Below are positions 21,216 through 30,067 of a stretch of DNA of 49,548 nt, in pieces. The notes below the pieces were generated by a model. The model did not search any database and was not told where the DNA came from. It saw nothing but the letters and a program-made list of their open reading frames with translations. The DNA comes from Promethearchaeota archaeon (GTDB taxonomy: Archaea; Asgardarchaeota; Lokiarchaeia; Sigyniarchaeales; SOKP01): NCBI GenBank assembly GCA_016839745.1, contig JAEOTS010000188.1, positions 1 through 49,548 of the forward strand. Reading direction: 5' to 3'. Each line of letters opens with the position of its first letter. Within the stretch, counting starts at the first letter, position 1. Made by a program: the position numbers and the translations under genes.

Positions 21216-21952
21216 AAGTGAAAAACTTGAATTTTGATTATAATTCAAATTTTTCTATTGACGATTTATCATTAAAAATTGAAGAAAATTCAATCTATGC
21301 TCTAACAGGAAATAACGGGTCAGGTAAAACAACCTTACTTAGATTATTAGTTGGTTTACTGAAACCTAAATCTGGAACTATTAGAATTTTTAACGAAATC
21401 TTAACAAGAGACAGAAATCAATTATGGAAGTTACGCCAAAAAATTGGTTTTCTCTTTCAAAATCCTGACGATCAATTATTTGCTCCAACTATAAGAGAAG
21501 ATATAGGTTTTGGAGCAAGGAATCTTGGACTTGAAGAACCTGAAGTGAACAAGAGAGTTGAATGGGCGCTCGAGGCTGTTAATTTAACGCAATATGGCAA
21601 AAATTCTCCATACGATTTATCTTGGGGACAGAAGAAACGAGCTGCTTTAGCAGGGTTATTAGTAATGAAGCCTAAATTATTAATACTAGACGAACCCTTC
21701 GCAAATCTTGATTATAAATCAATATATAACCACCTACAAATTTTCAAAACTCTTAAAAAAGAACAAAAAATGACAATTTTATTTACTACTCACAATCTTT
21801 TTTTTATAGAGAATTGGGCAGATAAAATGCTTGTTTTAAATGATGGAAAAGCTATATTCGAAGGCATTCCTAAGGATGGATTAAATCATCCTAAAATCAA
21901 GCAATTATTGGGTTCGTATAGTGAACTCTTAACTCTTATTAACCAAAAGTAA
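21200..21952 (+). CDS. cbiO: ECF transporter ATPase (start probably ATT 21200; GTG 21218 alternative)
   Basis: GNNGSGKT, FQNPDDQLF, LSWGQKKR, ILDEP, TTH. Confidence 0.92.
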   Translation: MIYLIEVKNLNFDYNSNFSIDDLSLKIEENSIYALTGNNGSGKTTLLRLLVGLLKPKSGTIRIFNEILTRDRNQLWKLRQKIGFLFQNPDDQLFAPTIREDIGFGARNLGLEEPEVNKRVEWALEAVNLTQYGKNSPYDLSWGQKKRAALAGLLVMKPKLLILDEPFANLDYKSIYNHLQIFKTLKKEQKMTILFTTHNLFFIENWADKMLVLNDGKAIFEGIPKDGLNHPKIKQLLGSYSELLTLINQK

Positions 21953-22008
21953 TTTAATTTTCTACTAAATAGAATAAATTTTTTAGCTTGTTTTTAATAT
22001 TATTATTT

Positions 22009-22315
22009 GGGAAAATGATGATGGAACATCCGCATATTCGAGGACGCGTATGATAACCCGTGATTACGCGTGCAAAGTTATGCAAACATCCTGAGTTTAT
22101 TAATCAATATTCATCCTGTAAAAATGGGCTCTTAATCTAGCTATGGTAATACCGTGCGATGAGATTGGAGTCAGCACCCAGGCAGGGTACATGATTATGC
22201 CCCAAAAAGGCATAGAAATTACCGCCTAGCACGAGAGAACTAATTTGATTTATGGTATTACCATTAGATGATAAATTTGTGTTAGTGTTCTTAGGCAACA
22301 ATATATGCTGATTTC
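22009..22315 (+). ncRNA. Candidate large structured box C/D-type RNA
   Basis: Box C ATGATGA 22015-22021, box D CTGA 22308-22311, terminal stem GGAA/TTTC, several internal helices, GC content above flanks, no long ORF. Confidence 0.6.
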
Positions 22316-22355
22316 ATAAAGAAACAAAGTTTCATACAGAATAATAGAACATCTT

Positions 22356-22832
22356 TTATAGAAGGCTAATTGTGTCTGAATTAAAAAGCTCTTTTAATTC
22401 TTTATTCATTTCTCCTTTTTCTTCTTGAAGATATCTATCCAACACAGTAGAAATCTTGTGAGAATATTTGTTCATAATTGCTCTTACAAGTCCTATTTGA
22501 ATATTTTTATCGGTTGCAATACATAAGATGCCCTTCCCAACCTTGAGTGAAAAGATCATTCCTTTAAAATATTCAGTTATCTGTAAATGTATATTTCCAT
22601 ACCCTAAAATATATCCTTGCTCTTCTCCAGCCGTAAATACCGCTCCTCCAATTGCTCCTATTTTTTCAACGGAAATATCTTCTTCGGTAGAAGACTTCAA
22701 AATGAATTTAGACTCACTCATAATAGTTATACCTGTATCATCTATGATTATTACATATTTCAAGCCAGGAGTGCTATTAATAATTTCCTTCAAGAGCTTT
22801 TTCAAAATACGCTCATCCTGAGAATAACTCAA
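22356..22832 (-). CDS. Roadblock/LC7 (MglB-like) domain protein
   Basis: PGLKYVIIIDDTGITI, EKIGAIGGAVFTAGE, ITEYFKGMIF, LCIATDKNIQIGLV. Confidence 0.88.
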   Translation of the reverse strand: MSYSQDERILKKLLKEIINSTPGLKYVIIIDDTGITIMSESKFILKSSTEEDISVEKIGAIGGAVFTAGEEQGYILGYGNIHLQITEYFKGMIFSLKVGKGILCIATDKNIQIGLVRAIMNKYSHKISTVLDRYLQEEKGEMNKELKELFNSDTISLL

Positions 22833-23011
22833 TTGCTTACACCTTTTTTTAAGCGCGTTTGGATAATATTCAGCGTGTCTTATTATCTTATTATTTTAAA
22901 ATGAATTTATTTAAAGTAAACTGTAGTCTTTTACTACTTTCTTAATATAAAAATAAAAGTATATATATAAAAACTTAATTCACATGAAATAAATTCATGT
23001 TCCGCAACGAA

Positions 23012-23368
23012 TTAAAACAGTTCTTGCCCTCTAATTATGTTCTTTAAAGGTTTTACTCCACTTCTGTTATTTTTTGATTTTTCTAATAAAATGAACAATT
23101 TAAATTTCTTCCCTTTATCAATATCAAACTTTAGCTGAATTAAGTTGGGGTCGTTAACTAAATCTTTATTCTCTTTATTTTTAGAAATTGCCCATAAAGC
23201 TAATTTATTCTCATGTATCCAAAGTCTCTTTGAAATCTCAGAGCCTATAGGAAACCCATTCTTATCCGTGATGACTCCAGCAACAAAATTAGGGAAGTTT
23301 TTTTTAATCTGGTGTAAAAAATAATTGACCTCAATTTGATTGATTAACCTGTTATTTTCTTGTTTCAT
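23012..23368 (-). CDS. Divergent roadblock-like protein
   Basis: PNFVAGVITDKNGFPIGS resembles the roadblock beta-hairpin. Confidence 0.55.
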   Translation of the reverse strand: MKQENNRLINQIEVNYFLHQIKKNFPNFVAGVITDKNGFPIGSEISKRLWIHENKLALWAISKNKENKDLVNDPNLIQLKFDIDKGKKFKLFILLEKSKNNRSGVKPLKNIIRGQELF

Positions 23369-23513
23369 TCTATCATACCTATAAAAACCAATTGATCTAT
23401 AAAACTAAATTTAGCAAAAAGTCTTTAAATGGTATATTATCACGATATTATAAAAAAAAAAAAGAGAAAAAGAATGTTTGAAAAATATTTCTTTCGAAAT
23501 TAGTTTGAAGTGA

Positions 23514-24470
23514 TTATTTTTTTTGGATTCCAAGATTTAAGTTTTCTATCAGTTCTTGAAACCTATTCCTGACTGTTACCTCTGTCACTTGGGACACTTT
23601 GGCAATTATCCTTTGTGTCCTCCTTTCTTCAGACAAGATACTTGCAACATAGATAGCTGCTGCGCATACACCAGTTGGACCCCTTCCTGAAGTCAAACCC
23701 CTTAATTCAGCCATTTTAATAACTTTTTTAGCCATTTTATGACATTCGGTAGAAAGTTCCAATTCAGATACAAACCGAGTAAGAAAATCCAAAGGTTTTG
23801 TAGGATTTAAATTTAATTCTAATTCTTTTGAAATAAATCGATAGGATCGCCCAATCTCTTTTTTGTTGACTCTAGCGACTTCTGCGATCTCATTTAAAGT
23901 GCGTGGGACTTTGTACATCCTACATGCGGCGTAAAGACTTGCAGCAGCAACTCCTTCAATGCTCCGCCCCCTAATTAGATGAGCTTCAACAGCATCTCTA
24001 TAGATTTTAGCAGAACATTCGCGAAGATTTTTCTGAAGATCGAGATTTGATGCCATTCGATCTAATTCACTTAACGCAAAAGTTAGGTTTCGTTCGGTGG
24101 CATCGGAGACCCTAATCCGACTTTGCCACTTTCTTAGGCGATATATTTGACCTCTGATTTTAGCAGAAATCTCCTTACCAAAAATATCCCTATTTTTCCA
24201 GTCAATCATTGTACTGAGTCCTTTGTCATGGATCATATAAGTCATAGGCGCGCCAGTTCTTGTTCTTTTCTTTTTTTGATCTGAATCAAAAGCACGCCAT
24301 TCTGGACCCTGGTCAATGTGTTTTTCTGAGTGAACTAGTCCACATTTTTCACATACTAATAAACCTCTATTTTCATCAAATAAAATATTTTCACCGCATT
24401 CACCACAATTGTTATAACTTTGCTCCTGATTTTCTTCTACGAGAGCATTACTTTGATTCCAACTTGAAAT
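23514..24470 (-). CDS. tfb: Transcription initiation factor IIB (TFB); start extended to ATT
   Basis: In-frame upstream extension CGECG...LVCEKCGLV...[13 protein letters not shown], then [37 protein letters not shown]. Confidence 0.95.
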   Translation of the reverse strand: MSSWNQSNALVEENQEQSYNNCGECGENILFDENRGLLVCEKCGLVHSEKHIDQGPEWRAFDSDQKKKRTRTGAPMTYMIHDKGLSTMIDWKNRDIFGKEISAKIRGQIYRLRKWQSRIRVSDATERNLTFALSELDRMASNLDLQKNLRECSAKIYRDAVEAHLIRGRSIEGVAAASLYAACRMYKVPRTLNEIAEVARVNKKEIGRSYRFISKELELNLNPTKPLDFLTRFVSELELSTECHKMAKKVIKMAELRGLTSGRGPTGVCAAAIYVASILSEERRTQRIIAKVSQVTEVTVRNRFQELIENLNLGIQKK

Positions 24471-24519
24471 AATCTACACCTTTTTTAAAGATTTTTTTTT
24501 AAGAAAAGTTCCTAACATG

Positions 24520-24768
24520 CTAACGCATTTTAGCGTACAGGTTATCATTTGGATTAAAGTCCGTCTTAGAAGCAATTTTCATGGAAATGAATGGTAAAGA
24601 TATTGGGCCAAAAATCTCTTTAATAAAACCAATTTCTTCGAATTGTTCGGTGAAAACTGCTTTATTAGAAATCTTTTCTAAGTTTTTGTCCCATTTCTTT
24701 GCTCTAAAAATATGATGTTTTCGAGAAATACCGAGAAAAAACAGATTTAATTTAATATATTTTTGCAA
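24520..24768 (-). CDS. gar1: H/ACA RNP component Gar1/Naf1-like
   Basis: IGFIKEIFGPISLPF motif; immediately upstream of tfb as is common in archaea. Confidence 0.8.
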   Translation of the reverse strand: MQKYIKLNLFFLGISRKHHIFRAKKWDKNLEKISNKAVFTEQFEEIGFIKEIFGPISLPFISMKIASKTDFNPNDNLYAKMR

Positions 24769-24929
24769 ACAAGACCCTAACTATTATTTAAAAGTTAGAA
24801 TAGAGAATTGGTCGTTAATATTTAAATATAACTTTTTTTTAAAAAGAGATGAGAGAACCAATTATTCTGTTATGAGTGAACAATATTCTTAAAGTCTTCG
24901 ATTTTTTACAACCGTTATTAGGTTAATAA

Positions 24930-26033
24930 TTAAATAAAATTCTTCTGTAATTGATATTTTAACAAGCAATCGCATGAAAAATTTAAATCATTTTTTATCA
25001 AAGAGTTAATATTTTGAGTTAGTACAAATTCTTTAAGAGCTTTAATCATGAATTCGTTACAATCTCGTTTTAAACAATTGTGAATGCCTCTTTTAGTGCC
25101 AGCGCCCGAAGGAGAAGAGATTATCCTCACGGAGCTTAATATGTCGTTATTTTTGCATGCTTTTAGTAAACACTTAAACAGAGAATAAAACCAAGGAGGT
25201 CGATATCTATTTTGATAAAACAAGTATTCTACAAGTGAATTTTTATGAATATTCAGAGGATTAATCGAAATAGTGTTAATCTTTAATTCTGCCAATTTTT
25301 GGATTGAAATGGCGCAATCTTCTATTGCAGTTTGCTCATTTAGAAATGGTGGTTTAAACAGTAAATAAGCTCTTATACCTACATCGTTTTTTTTACATAA
25401 ATTAATTGCATCCAGAAAATCTTTAAATTTCAAGCCCTTATTTATGTACTTGTTTCTAATGTAATCATTTACAGTTTCCAAACCTATGGCAACCTCAACA
25501 TATTTGTTCTTTAAAATGCTCATCATTTTTTTAAGCTTCTCATTAGTTATATAATCAACTCGAGATTCTATAACAACTTCTTTAATTTTAGGGACACTTG
25601 CTATTTTCATGAATATATGTTTTCGAACATCTTCAGATATTTCATCATCGTCGAAAAAGCTTCCAGAATTATAAATCTTAACGATAAAATCCTCCTCATC
25701 TGAAGTAATATCATTGATTTTTTCTTTAAGAGCATAATTAAATTGGTTAATTATATGAGTCTGATCTATTTTTTCAATCGTAGAATCTTGGATATATCCA
25801 CACATAGAACAACCCCCAAAATCTCCCAAAGCCCAACTACACCCTTTCGTTCTTAATATAATTGCGAATTCCTTCCCCTTTTTTTTAAGCAATCGATCTT
25901 CTTTTATCCAGAAACTAACTGGCTTATCTAATTGCATTATTTCGTATTTAAATTTTCTTTTAATTGAAGAAGATCTAAAATCTTTGATTTTTTCAACGAG
26001 TATTGTATTTTCGTTAAATTTTTTCGTAGACAT
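24930..26033 (-). CDS. Archaeosine biosynthesis radical SAM protein RaSEA (TIGR01210-like)
   Basis: ILRTKGCSW...GGCSMCGY, YNSGSFFD, ESR, AIGLET, KPPFL.E, YRPPW, RGIHNC; overlaps arcS. Confidence 0.9.
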   Translation of the reverse strand: MSTKKFNENTILVEKIKDFRSSSIKRKFKYEIMQLDKPVSFWIKEDRLLKKKGKEFAIILRTKGCSWALGDFGGCSMCGYIQDSTIEKIDQTHIINQFNYALKEKINDITSDEEDFIVKIYNSGSFFDDDEISEDVRKHIFMKIASVPKIKEVVIESRVDYITNEKLKKMMSILKNKYVEVAIGLETVNDYIRNKYINKGLKFKDFLDAINLCKKNDVGIRAYLLFKPPFLNEQTAIEDCAISIQKLAELKINTISINPLNIHKNSLVEYLFYQNRYRPPWFYSLFKCLLKACKNNDILSSVRIISSPSGAGTKRGIHNCLKRDCNEFMIKALKEFVLTQNINSLIKNDLNFSCDCLLKYQLQKNFI

Positions 26034-28101
26034 TTACAATCTTACCTGTTTTTGAATTTTTAATATAGCTTGAACCGACTATCAGGGTTCCTAATCCTAT
26101 AAGTTTCTCTTGATTTTTATCGAAAATCAATGTTAAGTCTTTGGGTACGAGATTTGGACTAAATTTAACAATTCCTGGACGAAATAAGGTGTTTCCATTA
26201 ATTTTTTGACCATCAAATACAATACCATTCACTTGGTCTCTTAGAGGTAGTAACCTATTCCCTCCATTAAGATTTAATTCGATTTGACCTGTATTAAAAT
26301 TGAATTTTCCCAGTTTCTCACGAGTCTTTTGGTCACTTATTTCTATTTGATTACCCCTTTTGTTTCTCCATGTTTTAATCCCATTAGTAAATATTTTATT
26401 TCCAACATTTGGACCAAATTGATAATCAATTATTTTAATAAATTTACGTGTCAAAGTTTTTAGGAAATTTTTGTTTTCAGGTATAACATTTTCTAATTCT
26501 AATGAGTCTTTTAGAGATTTAATCTTACTTTCCAAAGACATTAGCGATTCCTTAGTTGTGAGATTGCCTTTAACTTCTGTAAAGTAAAATTTATTACTCA
26601 ATTTTAAACGAGCTTTATTGACAATTTTTAAGTACCCTTGGTCTTTTAAATGGCATAATACAGGAATTCTCTCGTTAAATTTCTTCAATAAGGAGATAAG
26701 CATATCTGCTGCAATTTCTATTTCTTCGTTATCCCAATCTCCCGTTACAGAAATATCGTACGAATTCACTGGATATATATTTTCTAATTGTCTTGGAATA
26801 GCGCCTAATGGAGATGTTAAAATAAATTCTTGGAAATCAGGAAAATCAGGAAATTTTCTTATAATACTCTGAAATTTTCTATGAGATTTCGATTCGGAGT
26901 AAGGTTTTTTTGCCGAGCAAGGGATTAATATTATCAATTTAGTCCAGGATTCTGGTGTAAAATTTTTTACCAATCTCTCCCGAAATTCTTGAAAATCTGG
27001 TCTGTTATATGAAGATGGACCAAAACAGTTAACAGATTTACTTACTTGAGTTATTGGGGTTTCAAATCTCAAAACATCAAAATATTGTTTATCGAGCAAT
27101 TTTAAAGTAGATATTATATTCATATCGTCATATGAGGATTTTTCGATAAATCCCCTAAAATCTTCCAGTCTCATGTATAATTTGATTTTATTCATATAAG
27201 TGTACGCTGAGATGATATTATGAAGAGTTAGTTGTTCTGTTTTTTCAGAAGAATATTTGTTATTTAGACTATATTTTAAATTTTTCTTACAAATAGTACA
27301 TGGACACGGGAAATATTTAATCTTATAAATTGGAAGTAAATATTCTATAGTATCATAAAAATTTTCAGAAGATAAATACAATAAATAAGAACAATCAATT
27401 AAATCGATTCCTAAATAGATCAAAATCGGATAAAATTTCGGAATAATTCTACCTGAAACCATTAACACTAAATTATTATCGAGCTCCTTTTTGATTTTAA
27501 ATATTACTCTTAAGATGTTCCTAAAATTACGAAAGTTGTCAAACAGATCTACTAAATTTAATATTCTCACATTTTCATTATTCTTAATTAAAGGAACGTA
27601 CAGATCAAATAGTTCATAATAATCATATATCTTAATAGATAATCCAAAATCTAAATTGCTATATTGTAATAAGATCTGATTAGACTCTTTTATAAAATTG
27701 TTAATTTCCTCTTCAGCAAATTCTTTATTTATAGCTGTTGTAGGAATATTGAATGGAATAGAAGGTATGATATTATCTTCTTGAAAGATGTCAATGCTAG
27801 ATGCTAATTTTTCTTTAAAACTATCCATTGAACCATTATGCGTGTAGATAAAACCAGTCTTCTTAAACTTATCTCGTAAGAAGCCAATTTTTAAATAAAA
27901 ATCTTTTAAAATTAAAAATATTTCGTGATCTTCAAACTCTTCAAGAAAACTTACATTATTCATTAAACTTTTCTTCATCGGAATAATAATATTTGGCGTT
28001 GATATGAACTTTTTAGCTTCTTTTGAACATACTATTCTTCCTACTCTTGAGAAACCTATACTTTTTGTAAGTAATTCGAAAAAATAATTCATACTTTTCA
28101 A
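26014..28101 (-). CDS. arcS: Archaeosine synthase subunit alpha
   Basis: TGT-like N-terminus with CPCTIC...H, PCSAKKPYSESKSH, TSPLGAIPRQLE..YP...YDI.VTGDW, C-terminal PUA (LFRPGIV). Confidence 0.88.
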   Translation of the reverse strand: MKSMNYFFELLTKSIGFSRVGRIVCSKEAKKFISTPNIIIPMKKSLMNNVSFLEEFEDHEIFLILKDFYLKIGFLRDKFKKTGFIYTHNGSMDSFKEKLASSIDIFQEDNIIPSIPFNIPTTAINKEFAEEEINNFIKESNQILLQYSNLDFGLSIKIYDYYELFDLYVPLIKNNENVRILNLVDLFDNFRNFRNILRVIFKIKKELDNNLVLMVSGRIIPKFYPILIYLGIDLIDCSYLLYLSSENFYDTIEYLLPIYKIKYFPCPCTICKKNLKYSLNNKYSSEKTEQLTLHNIISAYTYMNKIKLYMRLEDFRGFIEKSSYDDMNIISTLKLLDKQYFDVLRFETPITQVSKSVNCFGPSSYNRPDFQEFRERLVKNFTPESWTKLIILIPCSAKKPYSESKSHRKFQSIIRKFPDFPDFQEFILTSPLGAIPRQLENIYPVNSYDISVTGDWDNEEIEIAADMLISLLKKFNERIPVLCHLKDQGYLKIVNKARLKLSNKFYFTEVKGNLTTKESLMSLESKIKSLKDSLELENVIPENKNFLKTLTRKFIKIIDYQFGPNVGNKIFTNGIKTWRNKRGNQIEISDQKTREKLGKFNFNTGQIELNLNGGNRLLPLRDQVNGIVFDGQKINGNTLFRPGIVKFSPNLVPKDLTLIFDKNQEKLIGLGTLIVGSSYIKNSKTGKIVNVYEKI

Positions 28102-28216
28102 TTAAAGATATTATTCTTATGTAATTAAATTAATTTATTTCGCCTTTTTAAGACCAATACGCTTTTTTACTATGTAAATAATACAACTTAGAGTTTAATT
28201 TAGGAAATTAACTCTA

Positions 28217-28807
28217 CTATGGTTCAATTTTATATTCTCCTCGCTTATACATTTCAAACAAAATTTCAGCTTCATGAATTGCATCGTCAACTGCTCGATG
28301 TGCCTCTCTATAATTAGTGTTGGGAAAGAGATTATCCCAAGCTTCTTGCATCCTTGGATTTTTATAACCACCCTTTGCATACATAATTTTACACGCTTCT
28401 TTTGCTACTGCCATAATATCTGGGATATCCTTTTTTATAGTAAAACCCCTTGATTCCATAAATCCAAAATCAAAGGCATTATTATACGCTGTTAATGAAT
28501 ATTGATTTAATATTTCTTGAATTTCGTCTTTAACATGATCTAACCCAGGCGCATTAACGACATCTTCGAATTTCAAATCAGAGTTAAAAAAAATCCATGA
28601 GTTTCTGTGTATGTCTCCAAAGAGGGGTTCTTTTACTAATGAATCAAATAATATTCTAGTTTCTCCAGTCATTAAGTCTAGTTCAACAATACCTATCTCA
28701 ATTATACACCCTTCTGTTTTAATGTCTGTTGTTTCTATATCTATTATAGCAATTTTCTTATGATTAGGTTTTTTAAGAAAGTCATTAATATCTCGAAATA
28801 TATGCAA
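28217..28807 (-). CDS. DEDDh 3'-5' exonuclease (DnaQ-like)
   Basis: IDIETT, IIEIG, AYNNAFD, AHRAVDDA. Confidence 0.88.
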   Translation of the reverse strand: MHIFRDINDFLKKPNHKKIAIIDIETTDIKTEGCIIEIGIVELDLMTGETRILFDSLVKEPLFGDIHRNSWIFFNSDLKFEDVVNAPGLDHVKDEIQEILNQYSLTAYNNAFDFGFMESRGFTIKKDIPDIMAVAKEACKIMYAKGGYKNPRMQEAWDNLFPNTNYREAHRAVDDAIHEAEILFEMYKRGEYKIEP

Positions 28808-28945
28808 CTCCTCACAAGGATATGATTTTAATTATTCTATAATATTGATATTAATCTTAATAAAAAAAATGTAATTGAAATGAAATATAAATCATTAGAG
28901 AGTGATTAAAAATCAACTTGAGATTTGAAATGTTCACAGGGTAGT

Positions 28946-29932
28946 CTAATAAATCACAAAATTCGTATAAGTCTTCAGTTCGTCCAAAACAAAGCTAGTA
29001 AAGGTATCTTCAATTTCATCAGATTGGTACAAATTTTTTATGAAATCTGCGTATTCTTCGACTTTTTTAACGCGAACTATGGCAAATAAGCCATGTTGTT
29101 CCCCTATTCTGAATAGATCGGTTATATAGCTACTTTTCTCTAGATTTAAGGCAATCTCGTTATATTTCGAAGGATCCTTAGGTTTAATTCTTACGAGATA
29201 TTTTCCTCTAAACCCAATCTTTTTAGGACAAAAATTAAGAGCGTAATTAAGAATTATGTTCTTTTTTTCAAGCTTTTTAATTCTGTTATGAATAGTAGAT
29301 TGAGAGATTTCTTGTCGGTTCATCTCATTTAGAAAATCTCTATACTTGTCTTTAATTATATCCTTAATCTCGTAAGTTGAAATAGGCTTTAATGTTTGGT
29401 TTTCTTGCAATATTTTTAAAATTATATAATCGATGCTATCAATTTCGAAATTTGGATCAATTTTATTGTCATACAATTCAATTCCATTAGTCTTGAACAC
29501 TTTAATTGTCTCGATTATATGATACTTCTTGAAATATGATTGAGCCATTATTTTATCTATTATACTTAAAACCTGGTAATATTCTTCAGATGAATGAAAT
29601 ATAAGTAAAGCAAATAGAGAATATTCTCCTAAAATTCCATCAAGAATTTTTAATTGGGAGATTTTCAACAAATTTTCTAAGAGTTCCGGTTCCTTGGGAT
29701 TGGTTTTAATTTCTAATAATACATATTTTAAATTAATGGGAAGTAGATTCGGATTAATATTGATTGTAAAATTACTAATTATTTTTTCTATCTTCAGTTC
29801 ATCAAAGCGTTTTTTAATAGTCTGTCTAGTATAACCTAAAACCTGCGAAAGCTTAGTTATTACATATTTAGATTTATTATTGAAACTTTTTATAAGATCA
29901 AGGGTCCTATATTCATCTATAGCTTTGGCCAT
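28946..29932 (-). CDS. Tandem (duplicated) Lrp/AsnC-family regulator
   Basis: Two HTH+RAM units (TRQTIKKRFDELK...GEYSL; SQSTIHNRIKKLEKKNII...GEQHGL). Confidence 0.82.
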   Translation of the reverse strand: MAKAIDEYRTLDLIKSFNNKSKYVITKLSQVLGYTRQTIKKRFDELKIEKIISNFTININPNLLPINLKYVLLEIKTNPKEPELLENLLKISQLKILDGILGEYSLFALLIFHSSEEYYQVLSIIDKIMAQSYFKKYHIIETIKVFKTNGIELYDNKIDPNFEIDSIDYIILKILQENQTLKPISTYEIKDIIKDKYRDFLNEMNRQEISQSTIHNRIKKLEKKNIILNYALNFCPKKIGFRGKYLVRIKPKDPSKYNEIALNLEKSSYITDLFRIGEQHGLFAIVRVKKVEEYADFIKNLYQSDEIEDTFTSFVLDELKTYTNFVIY

Positions 29933-30067
29933 AAGAATATAGTAAAAATTATGCTATTTAAATGTTAATATTTCTGGGAGAATCTTCACCTTTTAACCAA
30001 TAATATATTTAAATACATATTTAAATTATCTACTATATCAACAAAAATATTTTAAAATTGATTTGTA

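Noticed and set aside
22009-22315. Identification as SRP RNA, RNase P RNA or cobalamin riboswitch (right size; next to a cobalt transporter)
   Set aside because: No SRP helix-8 CAGG..GGAA..AGCA order, no RNase P GAGGAAAGTCC on either strand, no B12 box, and it lies downstream of, not upstream of, cbiO.
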